DNA of 64,000 nt from Macrostomum lignano (lineage: Eukaryota). The DNA lies in assembly GCA_002269645.1 (NCBI GenBank), contig NIVC01000415.1:62001-126000 (forward strand). The letters are read 5' to 3'. This document shows positions 48,445 through 61,186 of this stretch, in pieces. Within the stretch, counting starts at the first letter, position 1. Each line of letters begins with the position of its first letter. The notes under the pieces are model-generated. The model saw nothing but the letters and a program-made list of their open reading frames with translations, made no database searches and was not told where the DNA came from. Position numbers and translations under genes: made by a program.

Positions 48445-48907
48445 CCAGAAGCAATCAAACCCAAAGCCACCAGTTGCGAGTTGTCAATATCATCGACGGA
48501 AAGGCCAAAATCGAAGCTGTAATCCTAATGGTTAGCTATAAGCTGAACCGAAAAAAGCGCAGAAGCTTCACATAGGAAGATTAGACAATCCTTAAGGGAC
48601 TTCAAATACGAAGTATATCAAAATGCCTTCCTTGATGGTTAGGCTGGCAATGGGAATAGTCATTGATCGATATGAAATTCTGCTCACGGCTTTCCCCTCT
48701 TCTCTCTCTCTCTCTCTCGCAGCTTTCAATGGCACTAAGCTTCCCGTCTGTAAGTGTTAACTAGATATTCTTTTCCTCCTCAAAGATTTTTGCTTTAGGC
48801 TAGGATAGTGGGAATGCGCAGAGCAAGCATTGATTGCGATTGCAGAAGTTCTGTTGGAGCAAATAAGTTTTTATTTGAATGAAAAAATCAGTTTCTTTGT
48901 TTCTCGG

Positions 48908-49535
48908 GAACCTGGGGAATCTGGAGAATCTGGGGAATCTGGAGAATCTGGGGAATCTGGAGAATCTGGGGAATCTGGAGAATCTGGGGAATCTGGAGAA
49001 TCTGGGGAATCTGGGGAATCTGGAGAATCTGGGGAACCTGAAGAATCTGGGATTATGGGGGTATTGGGAATCTGGGGAATCTGGGGAATCTAAGGAATCT
49101 GGGTAATATAAGGAATCTGGGGAATCTGAGTAATATGGGGAATCTGTGAAATCTGGGATTTTTGAGAATCTGGGGAATCTGGGTAATATGGGGAATCTGA
49201 AGAATCTGGGGAATCTGGAGAATCTGGGGAATCTGGGGAACCTCAAGAATCTGGGATTATGGGGGTATTGGGAATCTGGGGAATCTAAGGAATCTGGGTA
49301 ATATAAGGAATCTGGGGAATCTGAGTAATATGGGGAATCTGTGAAATCTGGGATTTTTGAGAATCTGGGGCATCTGGGTAATATGGGGAATCTGGGGAAT
49401 CTGGGTAATATGGGGAATCTAGGGAATCTGGGTAATATGGGGAATCTGGGGAATCTGGGTAATATGGGGAATCTGGAGATTATGGGAAGTATGGGAAAGC
49501 TGGCGATCTGGGGAATATTGGGAATCTGGGATTCC
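48908..49535 (+). repeat. 9/18-bp minisatellite (GGGGAATCT / GGAGAATCT) with an internal ~200-bp block duplication
   Basis: Tandem units; the GGGATTATGGGGGTATT...GGGATTTTTGAGAATC block occurs near 49050-49170 and again near 49255-49365. Confidence 0.93.
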
Positions 49536-50519
49536 AGGAATCTAAGAAGCCGCTGTCATTGATTGATTAACAGAGAGTGACTTGACATGGGAATATTATC
49601 TCCCTATACCGAGGTCCGCTGCTCCTCAGTCAGTTCTGAGCTCTGCAGGGGGGTCGCATAAAACTTTTCCCGTGAGACACTTCAATCCCACCAGTCTCGT
49701 CAGTCAGTGCTGGGGCAATCGCGCTGCGTGGAAAAATCTCCCATTTATCATATCCAGAGGACCGTAAACTCTTCGCTTCCATATCTGGAGCACTCATTCT
49801 TTCGCTTCTCTCCTTATCGAGGTACGACTCGCTGGTTTTTCCCTTTGTCACGAATTTTCATTCTCGCGCTTGGCTGTGAATGAGCAAGGAGATCTGTGAA
49901 TTTGAATTTAAATCCGAATTGTACATAAACTTGAGAGAAAAAGGATAATATTAATTTTTAATCAAGAATTGAGACGAAACCACTCAGATGAGCCACTCAG
50001 CACATTTGCGTGTAAGCTACTTTTAGTTCAGAAGATAAACAGAAGAAGCATTTTAATGTACTTTAAAGCCGAGGCTCGTGTATTACTCGTAGGCTCTTAC
50101 CCCTCCCCCAAGCTTAAACCCTCCAACCGCGCCTTTCCACATTACCCCCCCCCCCACCGCCGCCTTAATTTTTATTGGCTTTCTCGGAATTCCAGCCTAA
50201 AGCTGCCATGTACATTTCAGTGGACTGTCTAATGTACATTATTGCTGAACCAATTAGCAAGTTGTTTACTCCTGCAACCTTTGGGCTTCTAAACTTATCA
50301 AAGTCACTTCAGCTGATTATATTTTTATAAAATAGCTTATGTATTCTTCTTTGCTACTGAACTGAAAGTAGAAAGCTGTTTTACTAAGCATATGTGCCCA
50401 GCCATTAACAGCCAAGCTCGTGGGTGTGCATTTAAAGTTCCTTAATAAATAAATATTTGCAGGAAAGTTTTAGCAACGCCTTTGGCGACATCGTCCCACA
50501 ACTACTTCAAGTAGCGGTG

Positions 50520-50630
50520 AGGCAATTCTGCCAATTCCTCTGACTCCCGAGCACATGCATGTAAGCGCGCTAAAAGCAAAACTGCACACAGGCACGCACT
50601 CATTTACAGCTTGTACAGCGGCCCTTTCAC
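50520..50630 (-). mobile_element. SINE copy D (3' fragment only)
   Basis: Minus strand GGGCCGCTGTACA...CTCGGGAGTCAGAGGAATTGGCAGAATTGCC matches the 3' part of copies B and C. Confidence 0.55.
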
Positions 50631-51214
50631 TTTCTAATCGGCAGGAGTCTCAGGAGAGTCAAAACCGTTTACAACTGAGCTGCTCCGACTCCATGAAACC
50701 TCCAAGTTCTAACTGGAGATGTCCTTGCCTCGGTCCGACTCGGTCCATCCAATTCAACTTCCTGCCTCTCTCTTCCCCATATGGGAGAATTCGTTCATTG
50801 GTTGTCAGGGCCAATTCTAGCATCGCCAAACGGTAGGGGAAGCTTAAAGCCAGTGCGGCTTGCCGAAATCCCCGGCTGCGCTTCAGTTGTCCCTGCCCTG
50901 CAGCTTCTGCCTTGTTTTGTTTTAAACATTGTGGCAAACTTTCCACACACCAGAGCGCTGTCTAGGAGCTGCCTTACCCAAGCAATTCATTCTGCAGTGA
51001 AAAAAGGTAAAGTTAATTAAGATCGCTAATTATTGCCTATTGTCTCAGCTGTCTCTGCTCGTAGAAAGAAACGCAATGGTTATTGTAAGTAGAAAAACGA
51101 ATGGAAATTTTAGAATTGAAACTAGCAATCAACGAGCATACATAAATAAAAGACAGGAGGGGCCGTGTGCACTCTGGCGCACTTTAGGCGTCATTGTCAC
51201 ACAACCGGCGAGAG

Positions 51215-51525
51215 GCATTGCTGCCTAATTCCGCCGACTCCCCTGAGCAGGCACACAACCTCACACAAGCGCGCGGATACGTACGCAGTCATACGCACGA
51301 GCACACACTCACGCAGGAGTGTACAGCGGCCCTAACTTTATTTATCGTTCATGTACATGTACACTTCACTGTGCCTTTGGGGTTGGCCCTCAAGGCCGTT
51401 AACTGCAGGAGCAGAGAGCCAAGCCGAGATTCGAATGCATCCCAAATCAATGTGACTGCATTTGGAATCGAGCCCGGGCCGCTGGCACATCAGAGCGCCG
51501 CGCTGGACCACTGGGCTGCGGGTTT
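51215..51525 (-). mobile_element. tRNA-derived SINE, copy C
   Basis: Minus strand GCAGCCCAGTGGT (A-box-like), GGGCTCGATTCC (B-box-like), CATTGATTTGGG, GCCTTGAGGGCCAA, GGGCCGCTGTACAC..TATGACTGCGTAC, colinear with copy B. Confidence 0.72.
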
Positions 51526-51909
51526 ACGGCCCCTACGATAGGCTCGGACATGAAATCATTCCAGTTCTCTCTCTGTGGCTAGTCACATAGACCTGTTGAA
51601 TTTTTAATTAATATAATCAAATTTTCACTTTCACCGAAAGGTCCAGAACACTCCAGAGCGTGGGGAGTTGAAATGTGTTTTCGATATGAATTAATGAAAT
51701 TCTATATTTAGTGGCTGACTGGGTTTAACTATAGCTATATGGTCAGTGCAAATATTGCTTTCTGGGCCGCCTGTCTGTTTGTTTGAACTATTCCGTGTTA
51801 ATGGGAAGGCGGATTGGATTTCTGCCTGCTTTTGGCTGTCTGGCAATTCTATTCTGCACCTTACTCTTCTCCTTTGTCTCCCATATCTCCCCCTCCTTTG
51901 TCCCCCCTC

Positions 51910-52075
51910 TGCTGTACCCCTCTCCGCTGTCTCCCTCTCTGCTGTCTCCCACTCCGCTGTCTCCCTCTCCGCTGTCTCCCTCTCCGCTGTCTCCCTCTCC
52001 GCTGTCTCCCTCTCCGCTGTCTCCCTCTCCGCTGTCTCCCTCTCCGCTGTCTCCCTCTCCCTTGTCTCCCTCTCC
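51910..52075 (+). repeat. 15-bp minisatellite (TCTCCGCTGTCTCCC) followed by a CT-rich tract
   Basis: About 10 units visible. Confidence 0.9.
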
Positions 52076-52092
52076 CATATCTGCTCCTCTCT

Positions 52093-52127
<35 letters not shown>

Positions 52128-53282
52128 TCCTATCTCCCCCCTCCCGTGTCTCCTTCTCCCCTATATCTCCGTCTCTTCTATTTTCCTCTCTCCTGTCTTC
52201 TTCTCACCTGTCTGCATGTCGCTGTCTAAATCTAAGACGCGATTCGGGTCAGATATTCTACCCAAGTTCTGTTTCTCACACGCCCGCTCTCCATCATCAA
52301 TACCCTTCGATTCTTTCATCTCCTCACTCGGAGAAGTAGGAGAAGGTTGGCTATAAAATAATTGATTTAAGAGTAAAAATCATTCTTTAACTTCTCTACT
52401 CTCTCTCTCTCTTGGCACTTGAATTCGATCCACTTGATTCACTGGTCAAGGTCCAGCACACTCTTCCGACTTGTAAGCCAGCGCGGGAGCTTGGAGGATG
52501 ACAGAGTTCCAATCGAGAATGGATGGAGTGCCTCAGCGAAGCATTCAATTTATTCAGCTCCCAATCTCATCTTTTTCTACGAGTTCTTCTTCTTCTTCTT
52601 AACGAAAGCCTCTCCGTGTTCCTGCTGTCGGTACTTCTCCCTCTTGATTCTATTTTTTAGGCGACTTTCTTTTAAAACCATCCGCCTGCAGTGACGCAGA
52701 GCGCACGAGTATAGATTCGTGTTTTTCTGCAACAGAAGTCACAAGAGGCGATTGCGTGCGAACAGTTGCTGCGTAGGGCGGTGTCGAGAGCCGGTTGCTT
52801 TGACAGTGCCGCAGCACCAAGCTTAACTCACTTCTTCTGCTAATTGCTTAGACCATTGAGTTGAGGTCTTCTCCTGCAAGTACTGAACTAATGCGATTTC
52901 TAAATTCGAATTACCTGAGTCAGGCGCTAACTAGCAAAATCTAGGAAGAAGCAGGAATAACTGATAAAAGCTGCAATCAATTTTCTCTTTAATCAAAATC
53001 ATTTAATCAAATCCCGGTTACATTGGGATGTCAATTTTCATCTGAAAATTGAATTCTTTTGCTCAGGTTGCGTGACTGAATTTTCTCTCTTGAATAATAA
53101 TTCTATTTGATGGAGAAGTGCTTTTCCAGTTGGTCCATTCCGTCGAAGTAGGAAAATCCTGGCTTAGTAAACTTTCTCTGACAGTCTGACAAGTTAAAAA
53201 TCGTTCACAGAAGTCAGACCGTGAACTGCCCTCTCCCTCTTTCAGTCTCTACTACCATCAGGCCTGGTGCTGCGTTTACTAC

Positions 53283-54611
53283 ATGCAAAAGTACATGCTC
53301 GGCGAAGACATGCCAACCGCTAACCAAAGCAGGTCGAGCTTCAACAGCTCCAGCATGTTTGGCTCTGGTGGCTTCCTGCCTCCAGATGCGAAAGTAAGCG
53401 ACCGAATGCTGGGCATCTACCTGTGCACCCTGACCGAGGAGCTGGTGAGGCAGAATATGCAATTCTGCCGCGACTTCATCGAACAGAAAATGAGCAGCAA
53501 AAATGAGATGCTTAAAATACCTATCCTGGTTATCTCATGCCTGCTGCTGCTAATTGGACTAATTGGCAACATCCTGGTAATCCTCAGCATCACCGTGTTC
53601 CCAGGAATGCGCTCCCGAACCAATCTGTTTCTACTAAGCCTGGCCCTGAGCGACATGCTGATCTTTCTGATCTGCCTACCGCTGACAATTTACAATGTCC
53701 TGCACCTGCAGTGGATATTCGGCTCCGTTCTGTGCAAGCTGACGCCGTTCCTCCAGGGCCTGTCCATCTCCGTCAGCGTCTGGTCTTTGGCTTCGCTGTC
53801 GGTGAAACGCTTCGTTGTAGTGCGCTACCCTCTGGCTGCCAAGGAGGCCCTGACCAACACCCGCATGGGGTTCTGGGTCGGGGGCATCTGGCTACTGTCG
53901 CTGCTCGTGTGCAGCCCCATACCCATGGTGTACGAGGTCCGAGAGGCCCAGGTGTTCTGGCTAGTGACCATGCACACCTGCGTTGAGCATTGGCACCAGC
54001 ACCCCAGTCGCAAGACCATCTACACCGTCTGCCTATTCGGTCTGCTGTACCTGCTGCCTCTGCTAGCCATGTCCGTATTCTCCTGGAAGCTCAGCCGTCG
54101 CCTCGTGTCCACCGCCCGTTTCTCGCGCGATCAGGCCGGGCAAAACTCGGTGACCCAGGGTCGAGTGAAGGCCAGCAAAGTTGTGATGGTTCTACTGGCT
54201 GCATTCTCCATCTGCTGGCTGCCCTATCACGTGGTGAACATTCTCATCGACCTGCGGCAGGCGGCAGCCAACTCGAGTTCGGAGACTCCGACAACACCAG
54301 CAACGCCTGTGCCGACAGCGGTTACCGAGGACTATCTGGTGACGACGCTTCTGCCTATAGCTCTGTTGCTAGGATACGCGAATAGCGCCATCAATCCGAT
54401 TTGTTTAGTACTGATTAGCTCCAAATTTAAGGCCTGCTTTCGCAGCTTGGTCACAATGCGATGCGTCAGGCATCGGCACTCGGTGGTAGCCAGATCTGCA
54501 AGCGACGCAGCCAATCTGCAGCTGCGCTGGAGCAAAGCCAGACGGACTGAAACTGTTGTGAACGCGGCTGATCAAGAAGATGCTGTTGTTCATCTGACCG
54601 ATCAGCCTTGA
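53283..54611 (+). CDS. Rhodopsin-family (class A) peptide-receptor-like GPCR, intronless CDS, 442 aa
   Basis: Seven hydrophobic segments: GLIGNILV (TM1), NLFLLSLALSDML (TM2), W.FG..LCKL (ECL1/TM3), W in TM4, ECL2 Cys (TCVEHW), YLLPL (TM5), FSICWLPYH (TM6), ANSAINP (TM7), helix-8 SSKFKACF. Ligand not assignable. Confidence 0.93.
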   Translation: MQKYMLGEDMPTANQSRSSFNSSSMFGSGGFLPPDAKVSDRMLGIYLCTLTEELVRQNMQFCRDFIEQKMSSKNEMLKIPILVISCLLLLIGLIGNILVILSITVFPGMRSRTNLFLLSLALSDMLIFLICLPLTIYNVLHLQWIFGSVLCKLTPFLQGLSISVSVWSLASLSVKRFVVVRYPLAAKEALTNTRMGFWVGGIWLLSLLVCSPIPMVYEVREAQVFWLVTMHTCVEHWHQHPSRKTIYTVCLFGLLYLLPLLAMSVFSWKLSRRLVSTARFSRDQAGQNSVTQGRVKASKVVMVLLAAFSICWLPYHVVNILIDLRQAAANSSSETPTTPATPVPTAVTEDYLVTTLLPIALLLGYANSAINPICLVLISSKFKACFRSLVTMRCVRHRHSVVARSASDAANLQLRWSKARRTETVVNAADQEDAVVHLTDQP

Positions 54612-54644
54612 TCAGTTCTAACTCATCTGAATTATAGTTGATTG

Positions 54645-55272
54645 TGTCTATGGTCAATGGTCTATGGTTTATGATTTATGGTTTATGGTCTATGGTCAAT
54701 GGTCAATGGTCTATGGTCCATGGTCAATGGTCTATAATCTATGGTCCATGGTCAATGGTCTATACGGTCACCATGGTCTATGGTCTATAGTCTGTGGTTT
54801 ATGTTTTATGTTCTACGTTCTATGGTTTATGGTATTTGGCACTGTCTGCATTGTGGTCTAATGTGTTATCGTAAAATATGATCTATGGTTTATTGTCTAT
54901 GGTCTATGGTCTATGGTCTGTAGTCTATGTTCCATGGTCTGGGGTCTATGTTCTATGGTCTATGATCTGTGGTCTATGGTCTATGTTCTGTGGTCTATGG
55001 TCCATGGTCTATGGTCTATGTTCTATGGTCTATGGTCTTTGGTCTATGGTCTATGGTCTAGGGTGTTTGGTCTATGGTCTATGGTCTGTGGTCTAGGGTG
55101 TTTGGTCTATGGTCTATGGTCTGTGGTCTAGGGTGTTTGGTCTATGGTCTATGGTCTGTGGTCTATGGTCTGTGGTCTATGGTCTATGGTCTATGGCCTG
55201 TGGTCTATGGTCAATGGTCTGTGGTCTATGGTCTATGGTCTGTGGTCTATGGTGTTTGGTCTATGGTCTATG
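54645..55272 (+). repeat. 7-bp microsatellite-like array (TATGGTC)n starting ~35 nt after the GPCR stop
   Basis: Degenerate then cleaner units; explains the MVYGLWS ORFs. Confidence 0.95.
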
Positions 55273-57597
55273 TTGCAGCGATGCAGTAAAGGCACTAAAG
55301 ATAGGTTTCGAAACCTCGAGTGAAGATCGATTTCCCCTGGTTGAATTCGCGTCTTCGGTTTTTGAATTTTGTTGGTCTGGTTAACTTACGTTTAAACTCT
55401 GTTGTGATTTTTTTCTTTTCAACTCAAGCGGTTTTGGTTGCTAAGTGCCTCTGCAAAGTGGCGAAGATATTAAATGCGCCATCACAGGATAGCTATGATA
55501 GAGACAGCCAATTTTACAGAATAGTCCATTTGTGTTGTTTTGCTTGTCCTTGACTACTTCATGGCAACAGTCCATCGTAGTGTTCAACTGCTTTAAAAAA
55601 CTTGATCTCTGTTGTTCCTAAATGTAGGACTGGACTGTGAATACTACTGCAATGCAAAAAACCGTTAAATAAATCTCATCAAGTTTCTGTCAGATGGCGC
55701 CTCATTAATCCGATCTGAAGTTTGAAAGCTATCCCAAGGCGATCGAAATTACTTCTTTGATTAGGCAATCGAATTAGGCAATCGAATTCATCTAGTTGTA
55801 GTCATTTATTAATAACTAATTTAAAACATTACACTGACCTTCGCTGATACATGTAGTAAGCCTTCCTCTAAGCTTTGTAGTATCACTCTACTGAACTCTA
55901 CGAACAGCAGTTCTACAAGACCTTCAATTAGCCGCAGAAATTAAGGTGGAAGGCAAATGTTATCCTAAAATAATGTTGGGAGCAGTATATAGCCAGACCA
56001 GGGCCTTGTGATCCCATTGTAACCTCGCCCCAATCTGTGCATCACGTGTGTGCAAGGTCAGATTTCTGCCATATGTTGGTTGGACCAAGAAATGATTTAG
56101 AACAATATTTTTCAACCATTGGCAGTGATAAATTAGTAAGCTAAAATGATTTTTTTCGTCCAAAGCAACTATTATGCAGCTTGGAAGGTTATATTATGTA
56201 CCGCTAGGCCAACTTTAGACAAGCACTTTCTCCCTGTCAAGAAGTAAACACTGCCAGATTGCCAGATGCCTCGGAGGAGACTGCAGTTCATGGTTTGACC
56301 TTGAATGCGAACGGCGGAGGGTTACAGGAAGGGCAACATCTCCACGAACCATAAGCGCAGTTTTTTCTTTCGTTGACAGCAAACGCGACTTTGCCAATTT
56401 TTTTCGTCCATTTCCTTGCGTTTAAACAGCATCCCCATGACTAACTAGCTAATCCTAACAAAGTAAAATAATCGGCTGTTTTTCAGGTAGAAATGGGAGC
56501 CTTTAATCATCCTATGGATCTCCCACGTGACTGGTTGAAATGCACCGGAATAGTGGTTAACTCTCGCTTGTTGACTATGTAAAAAGTACTCACTCAGGCT
56601 CTTCCGCGTGTACAGATAGAATTCAATTCGAATTTCAGGTGCAATCCAAACTGCTAAACGGGGTATTTGTACAGGTCCACAAAGGGGGACGCAGAATGCT
56701 AGTTTATTGTCTAAAAATTCCAAGATGTTGAAGGTACCTGCTCAGTAACTACCTAGTGAAAAATCAGTTTCGGAAACACGGTTTGTAAGTTCTGTGAGTC
56801 TGCAGTTGTAAAAAAGACGAAGCAAATGAAAAATTTAATTTTTGAATGTTTTCCTATCTTATCCAAAATTTTGCGAGGTGAAAAACGTTATGGATAAAAA
56901 AGTCAAAACTTCATTTCCCTGTGCCAAAAAATGTTGTTTTGTAACTAAAAAAGAAAACCGATTTCAAACGTTCTTCCTGTTTACGCGTCAGTCAATAGCG
57001 TTTTTCTTCGTTCAAAGCTCAGGAAAAAATAATACGTGTGTAACCACTGATTAATAATTATTTTACTCAATTAATCGCTATAATTTCAATGTATTTCGAA
57101 AAAGTCCTTGAAAAAGCACTGGCTAGAACAAGACAAACTGTAATAGAAAATAATAATAACTAGGAGCGTATTAGAATCACTCCGGGACGCGAAAAGAAGA
57201 ATCTAAAGACCATGCATATTGTGCTCGCTAAGATGTGGTGTTGTAAAATACTCGTACAATATCCCAGCAAGAACCATTTGAAGTCGATTATATCCACATC
57301 TGTCTATGTGGTACAAGTAAATAGAACGTACAAATAAAAGAGTAAATTAAAAAAGTGAGTTACAAAAATTACGCGCAAAAAATTACAAATATCTCTTTTA
57401 GATTAAAGCTAAGCTACGAGTACGATATGAAAACTGGATGCTTCAAACAAAGAAAGTTATTTTAAAGCAGCTGGTATAAACACCAAAGAGATCACTTTCT
57501 ACAATAATAAGGTTCAGTTCGGTTAGCTGTTTATTTTTAAGTTCAAACGGCTCCTGTATTTCATGTTTCTTCACATCGAAGAAGCCCATACAGTTTC

Positions 57598-60500
57598 TCA
57601 GCGCTTGGCCCCCATCCCCCTCAGCATTTCCATTGGCAGCGGGAACAAGATGGTGGAGTTCTTCTCAGCCGCAATGGAGTTCAGCGTCTGCAGGTACCTC
57701 AGCTGCAGAGCCGCCGGAGACTCGTCGATCACATCGGCGGCCTCCTTCAGCGCCCTGGAAGCCTTCTGCTCGCCCTCAGCCGCAATCACCTTGGCCTTCG
57801 CCTCGCGCAGCGCCTCCGCCTCGGCCGCCATGGCGCGCTGCATCTGGACGGGTAGCCGGACGTCCTTCACCTCGACGCGCTCCACCTGGGGGAGATAATT
57901 GAAAGCATGGTCAGGTGCTGCAGTAAGAACTGACAAATTCTTCTCTGGTAAAGGGCTTTGTTTTCAATTCTAACTCTTTGCCATGTTTGAATTATTTATA
58001 ATAAAATACGAGCTCGGAGTGACAAGTCTTATGAATCTGAAACACCAATGCATGAAGGGTGTTGTCGAGATGATTGCGAGGCCTTGTATGTCATAGTAGT
58101 TTGTTTTAGTAAATATCTTAGGGTCCTTCTCAGTGTTATTGTGTAATTGTGAACATTGTCATGAACTGTTGATTTACATATATTGCTCAACCGATTTTCT
58201 TCGAACTTGAATTATTCGAGTTATTCAAGTTTATTCAAGAACTCGAACTTAAATGTGTACTGCGTGTGTGTTGAACTTATCAATGTAGTAGAAGTAGTTA
58301 CTGTGTTTCTACATAAAAATAAATCATGCTCAATGAGACCGCATATAAATTCGGTATCAAATAAACTAAGTGGAAATGGTAAGTCGCGGTGGCAGAGGCT
58401 TGCCGATTTGTACGATGATGGCATTTGCAATGCGATGGGGTCCCTAAAGTCCAGCTCCGGGACGAATCGTTTCGAAATTCGAATTGATTATCAGGATTCA
58501 TCCTCTGGAACCCCTTGGGATTGACCAGTACGGGAGGTCTCTGCGTATCTGGTCGTAAATGGTCAAAAATGGTTCATAAGCCATCTCGAGGTTTTTAGGC
58601 TTTTCAGGATTTTAGGACTTTATTTCTTGCCTTTGCTTTGAGAATCAGCAAACAGGATTGCCTTCCCCAAGCTGCACACATCAAAGCGAATCGCGTGGAA
58701 TGCTACAATCACGTGTTTGCTCTGCAAAAGCATCATCAATTGCTGCATCTTGAGAATACAAAGCGTCATAGCGTGATTCAGAGTTGTATCTCCGATTCCG
58801 TGACTAGCAAATGGATTCCTACAAAAGCGATACTTTCATCTTCAAAGCCATGGAGGTTTTCTGATCATTACCTTGACGCCCCACGGATCCGTGGCAGTGT
58901 CCAGACTCTCCTGCATCGTCTGAGCAATGATCTCTCGCTCGGCCAGCACCTCATGCAGCGTCTTCGTGCCCAGAGTGTTGCGCAGGGTGGTCTGAGCGAG
59001 CAGTCGGGTCGCACGGTGCACATCCTCGATGTCCACCGTGGCCCTGATCGGGTCGAAGATGCGATAGTAGACCACGGCGTCCACCGCTACGGTGACTGAG
59101 TCCTTGGTGAGAATCTCCTGCGGCGGCACGTCGAAAGTCAGCGTGCGCAGGTCGATAACTCGCATCTTATCGATGCAGGGCATGATGAAGAACAAGCCAG
59201 GACCTTTTTAATGAATTTTAAAATTGATATAAGTCTTTGCTTTCAAGCATAGTTAAAAGTAAGTCTTTACCGCCATACCTAAGTTAGCGTCATAAACTTG
59301 TTGAACGTACGGTAAGTCTTCAATTTAAGTCTTCCATACCAATTGCTATTAGGAATTGTATTGAGGGGAAGCAGGTAGGTGCTAACTGTATGTAATTGTT
59401 CACCAAATATTATTCAATACAATAAGACTTAGAGCTTGGGATAAATGGATCAGATCAACGTCGGCTACATTGATGCCGATTAATTGGTCTTACTGCTATT
59501 TGTTCAAGGTCTTAGGGTCTTAGACATTTTTCATAGTGCCATCAGCATTTATGAGTATTTCCCAGCAATAAAGAAGTTGCAATTAAGGCAGCAACGTTTC
59601 TTTACCTTTAGGCTCGCCTTGAATCCGGCCGAGTCGGAAGATGACCGCGCGTTCGTACTGTTGCACAATTTTGATGCAGGAGCACAAGGAGAACGGGAAG
59701 GTCAGGATGATGAGTATGATGCTGATAAACTTCAGCAGGCACTCGCAACATCCGCAACCATTCGAAGGTTCTTCCTCTCTCTGCCTTGGAGTTTGCTGCT
59801 GTTGCATGGCTCCGGTTGACACTGGGGCGGCTTCTATTGGGGTGCATGGATGGCGATGTGAGTGCTGTGTTTATCTACACAATGAGTTTCAAGTATGAAG
59901 TTATAGACGTCTTGTCTAGCATTTTGATGTACAGTGTTCCTATGTTATTGCACACTGCACGTTGTAAGGCTACAAGCAAGTGTGACGCAAAATATACATA
60001 TACATGTCATAAATTGAGATAATATACAGTCAGATTTGTAGTCAATAGCCAAAGCCACTTCACGCTAATGGATGCAATAGAGCCTCAAGGGTGTCAGTGA
60101 AGCTAATGAGAGCAACAATCGCTACCACAAGTACGAGCGTACTTGTACGCATCTTTGAGTAATTGTTAATCTGCAGCAACAATAATTATATTAGTGCTAA
60201 ACCTGATTATTGTGCATGAAAACTGCAAATTTGTCCAAGTTTTGAATGTGGGGCTTCCCCCCACACCCCTATAGGACTCTTTCCCGCACCCTCCGCTAAC
60301 AGCGGGAAATGTCTACGGTAACGCCTACTAACAATATACAAATTTTCATCAAGAAAATTTTTGAGACAGTAAATAAGATAAGAGGGAAGAGAGAGACATA
60401 CATTGTACCGGTATAGGAACTCGTTTTGAAAAGTGTTTTCAATGATCAACTGTCAGAAAAGATTAGAAGACTGAGCTTATATCAGCAGAGAGGTCCCTTG

Positions 60501-61186
60501 TGTTCAGTGATGACGTATCGAGGAGAGAAGGGAGATGAGAGAAGAGATAAGACAGCTGAGAAGAGAGACAAACCCTGAGCTAGCAGGATTGCTACTGTGA
60601 AGTTTCAACGGATCCGAGGGCCGAATAGAGACGCTTGGCGGGCCCGCTGTCGAATTTAAAAGCCCGTCAGTTGCTTCTGGTTTGTGCCATAGACTAGCCA
60701 GCATTCTCTGGGCTTTGCTTAACTCTGTGTCCAAATTAAAAGCCCGCAGTCCAAACTAGAACGCAAAAAGCTATAACAAACTCTATCGTGCATTTAAGGT
60801 AAGTACCTGCTTGTACCCTAAACTATTGTGTCAAATATGCATTTTAGGTATAAGAGCTCACTATAAGTGGCACCGCCTCGTTCCTCCTTTATTTCCCGCC
60901 TGTTCTGACTGCCGTCCTCGGCTTGCTTTGGCGTCGATCGCTTCTCGTCGTCGAATCGCGATGACGAAGCTGCTCCCGCTGCGGCAACGCGAACCTCCTG
61001 ACGAGAGGAGTTCGGACTGTCGTACTTTGGCGCCTCCACGCTGAACTTGCTGACCTCAACTGGGGCAACCGCCTCGGCTTGATCTGCGTCTACTAACTGC
61101 TGCTGCCGCTGCTGCTGCCGCCTTCCCTGCTGTTTGTGCTTGTCGTTGTCTCTGGGCCTGTACTCAGACAGACTGTCGTTAGACAT
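57598..61186 (-). CDS. Stomatin/band-7 (SPFH) protein with long hydrophilic N-terminus (MEC-2/podocin-like), ~386 aa; exons 61186-60862, 59821-59606, 59203-58872, 57885-57598
   Basis: Cys cluster GCGCCECLL, hairpin membrane segment ISIILIILTFPFSLC, KIVQQYERAVIFRLGR, GPGLFFIMPCID, DLRTLTFDVPPQEILTKDSVTVAVDAVVYYRI, QRAMAAEAEA.REAKAKVIAAEGE, ALQLRYLQTLNSIA. Junctions A|gtgagc..ccccag|TG (phase 1), G|gtaaag..aaaaag|GT (phase 1), AAG|gtaatg..ccccag|GTG (phase 0); total 1161 nt. Exon 1 and the start codon are less certain than exons 2-4. Confidence 0.9.

Noticed and set aside
55550-56400. Possible highly decayed Tc1-like transposase (DEKNHF, NEAPSDR, SPVLH-like words on the minus strand)
   Set aside because: Motif resemblance is weak, spread over several frames, and no TIRs were found.
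60504-60734. 76-aa minus-strand ORF in stomatin intron 1 as an alternative exon
   Set aside because: No convincing splice sites or homology; the exon 1-exon 2 junction is already in phase.
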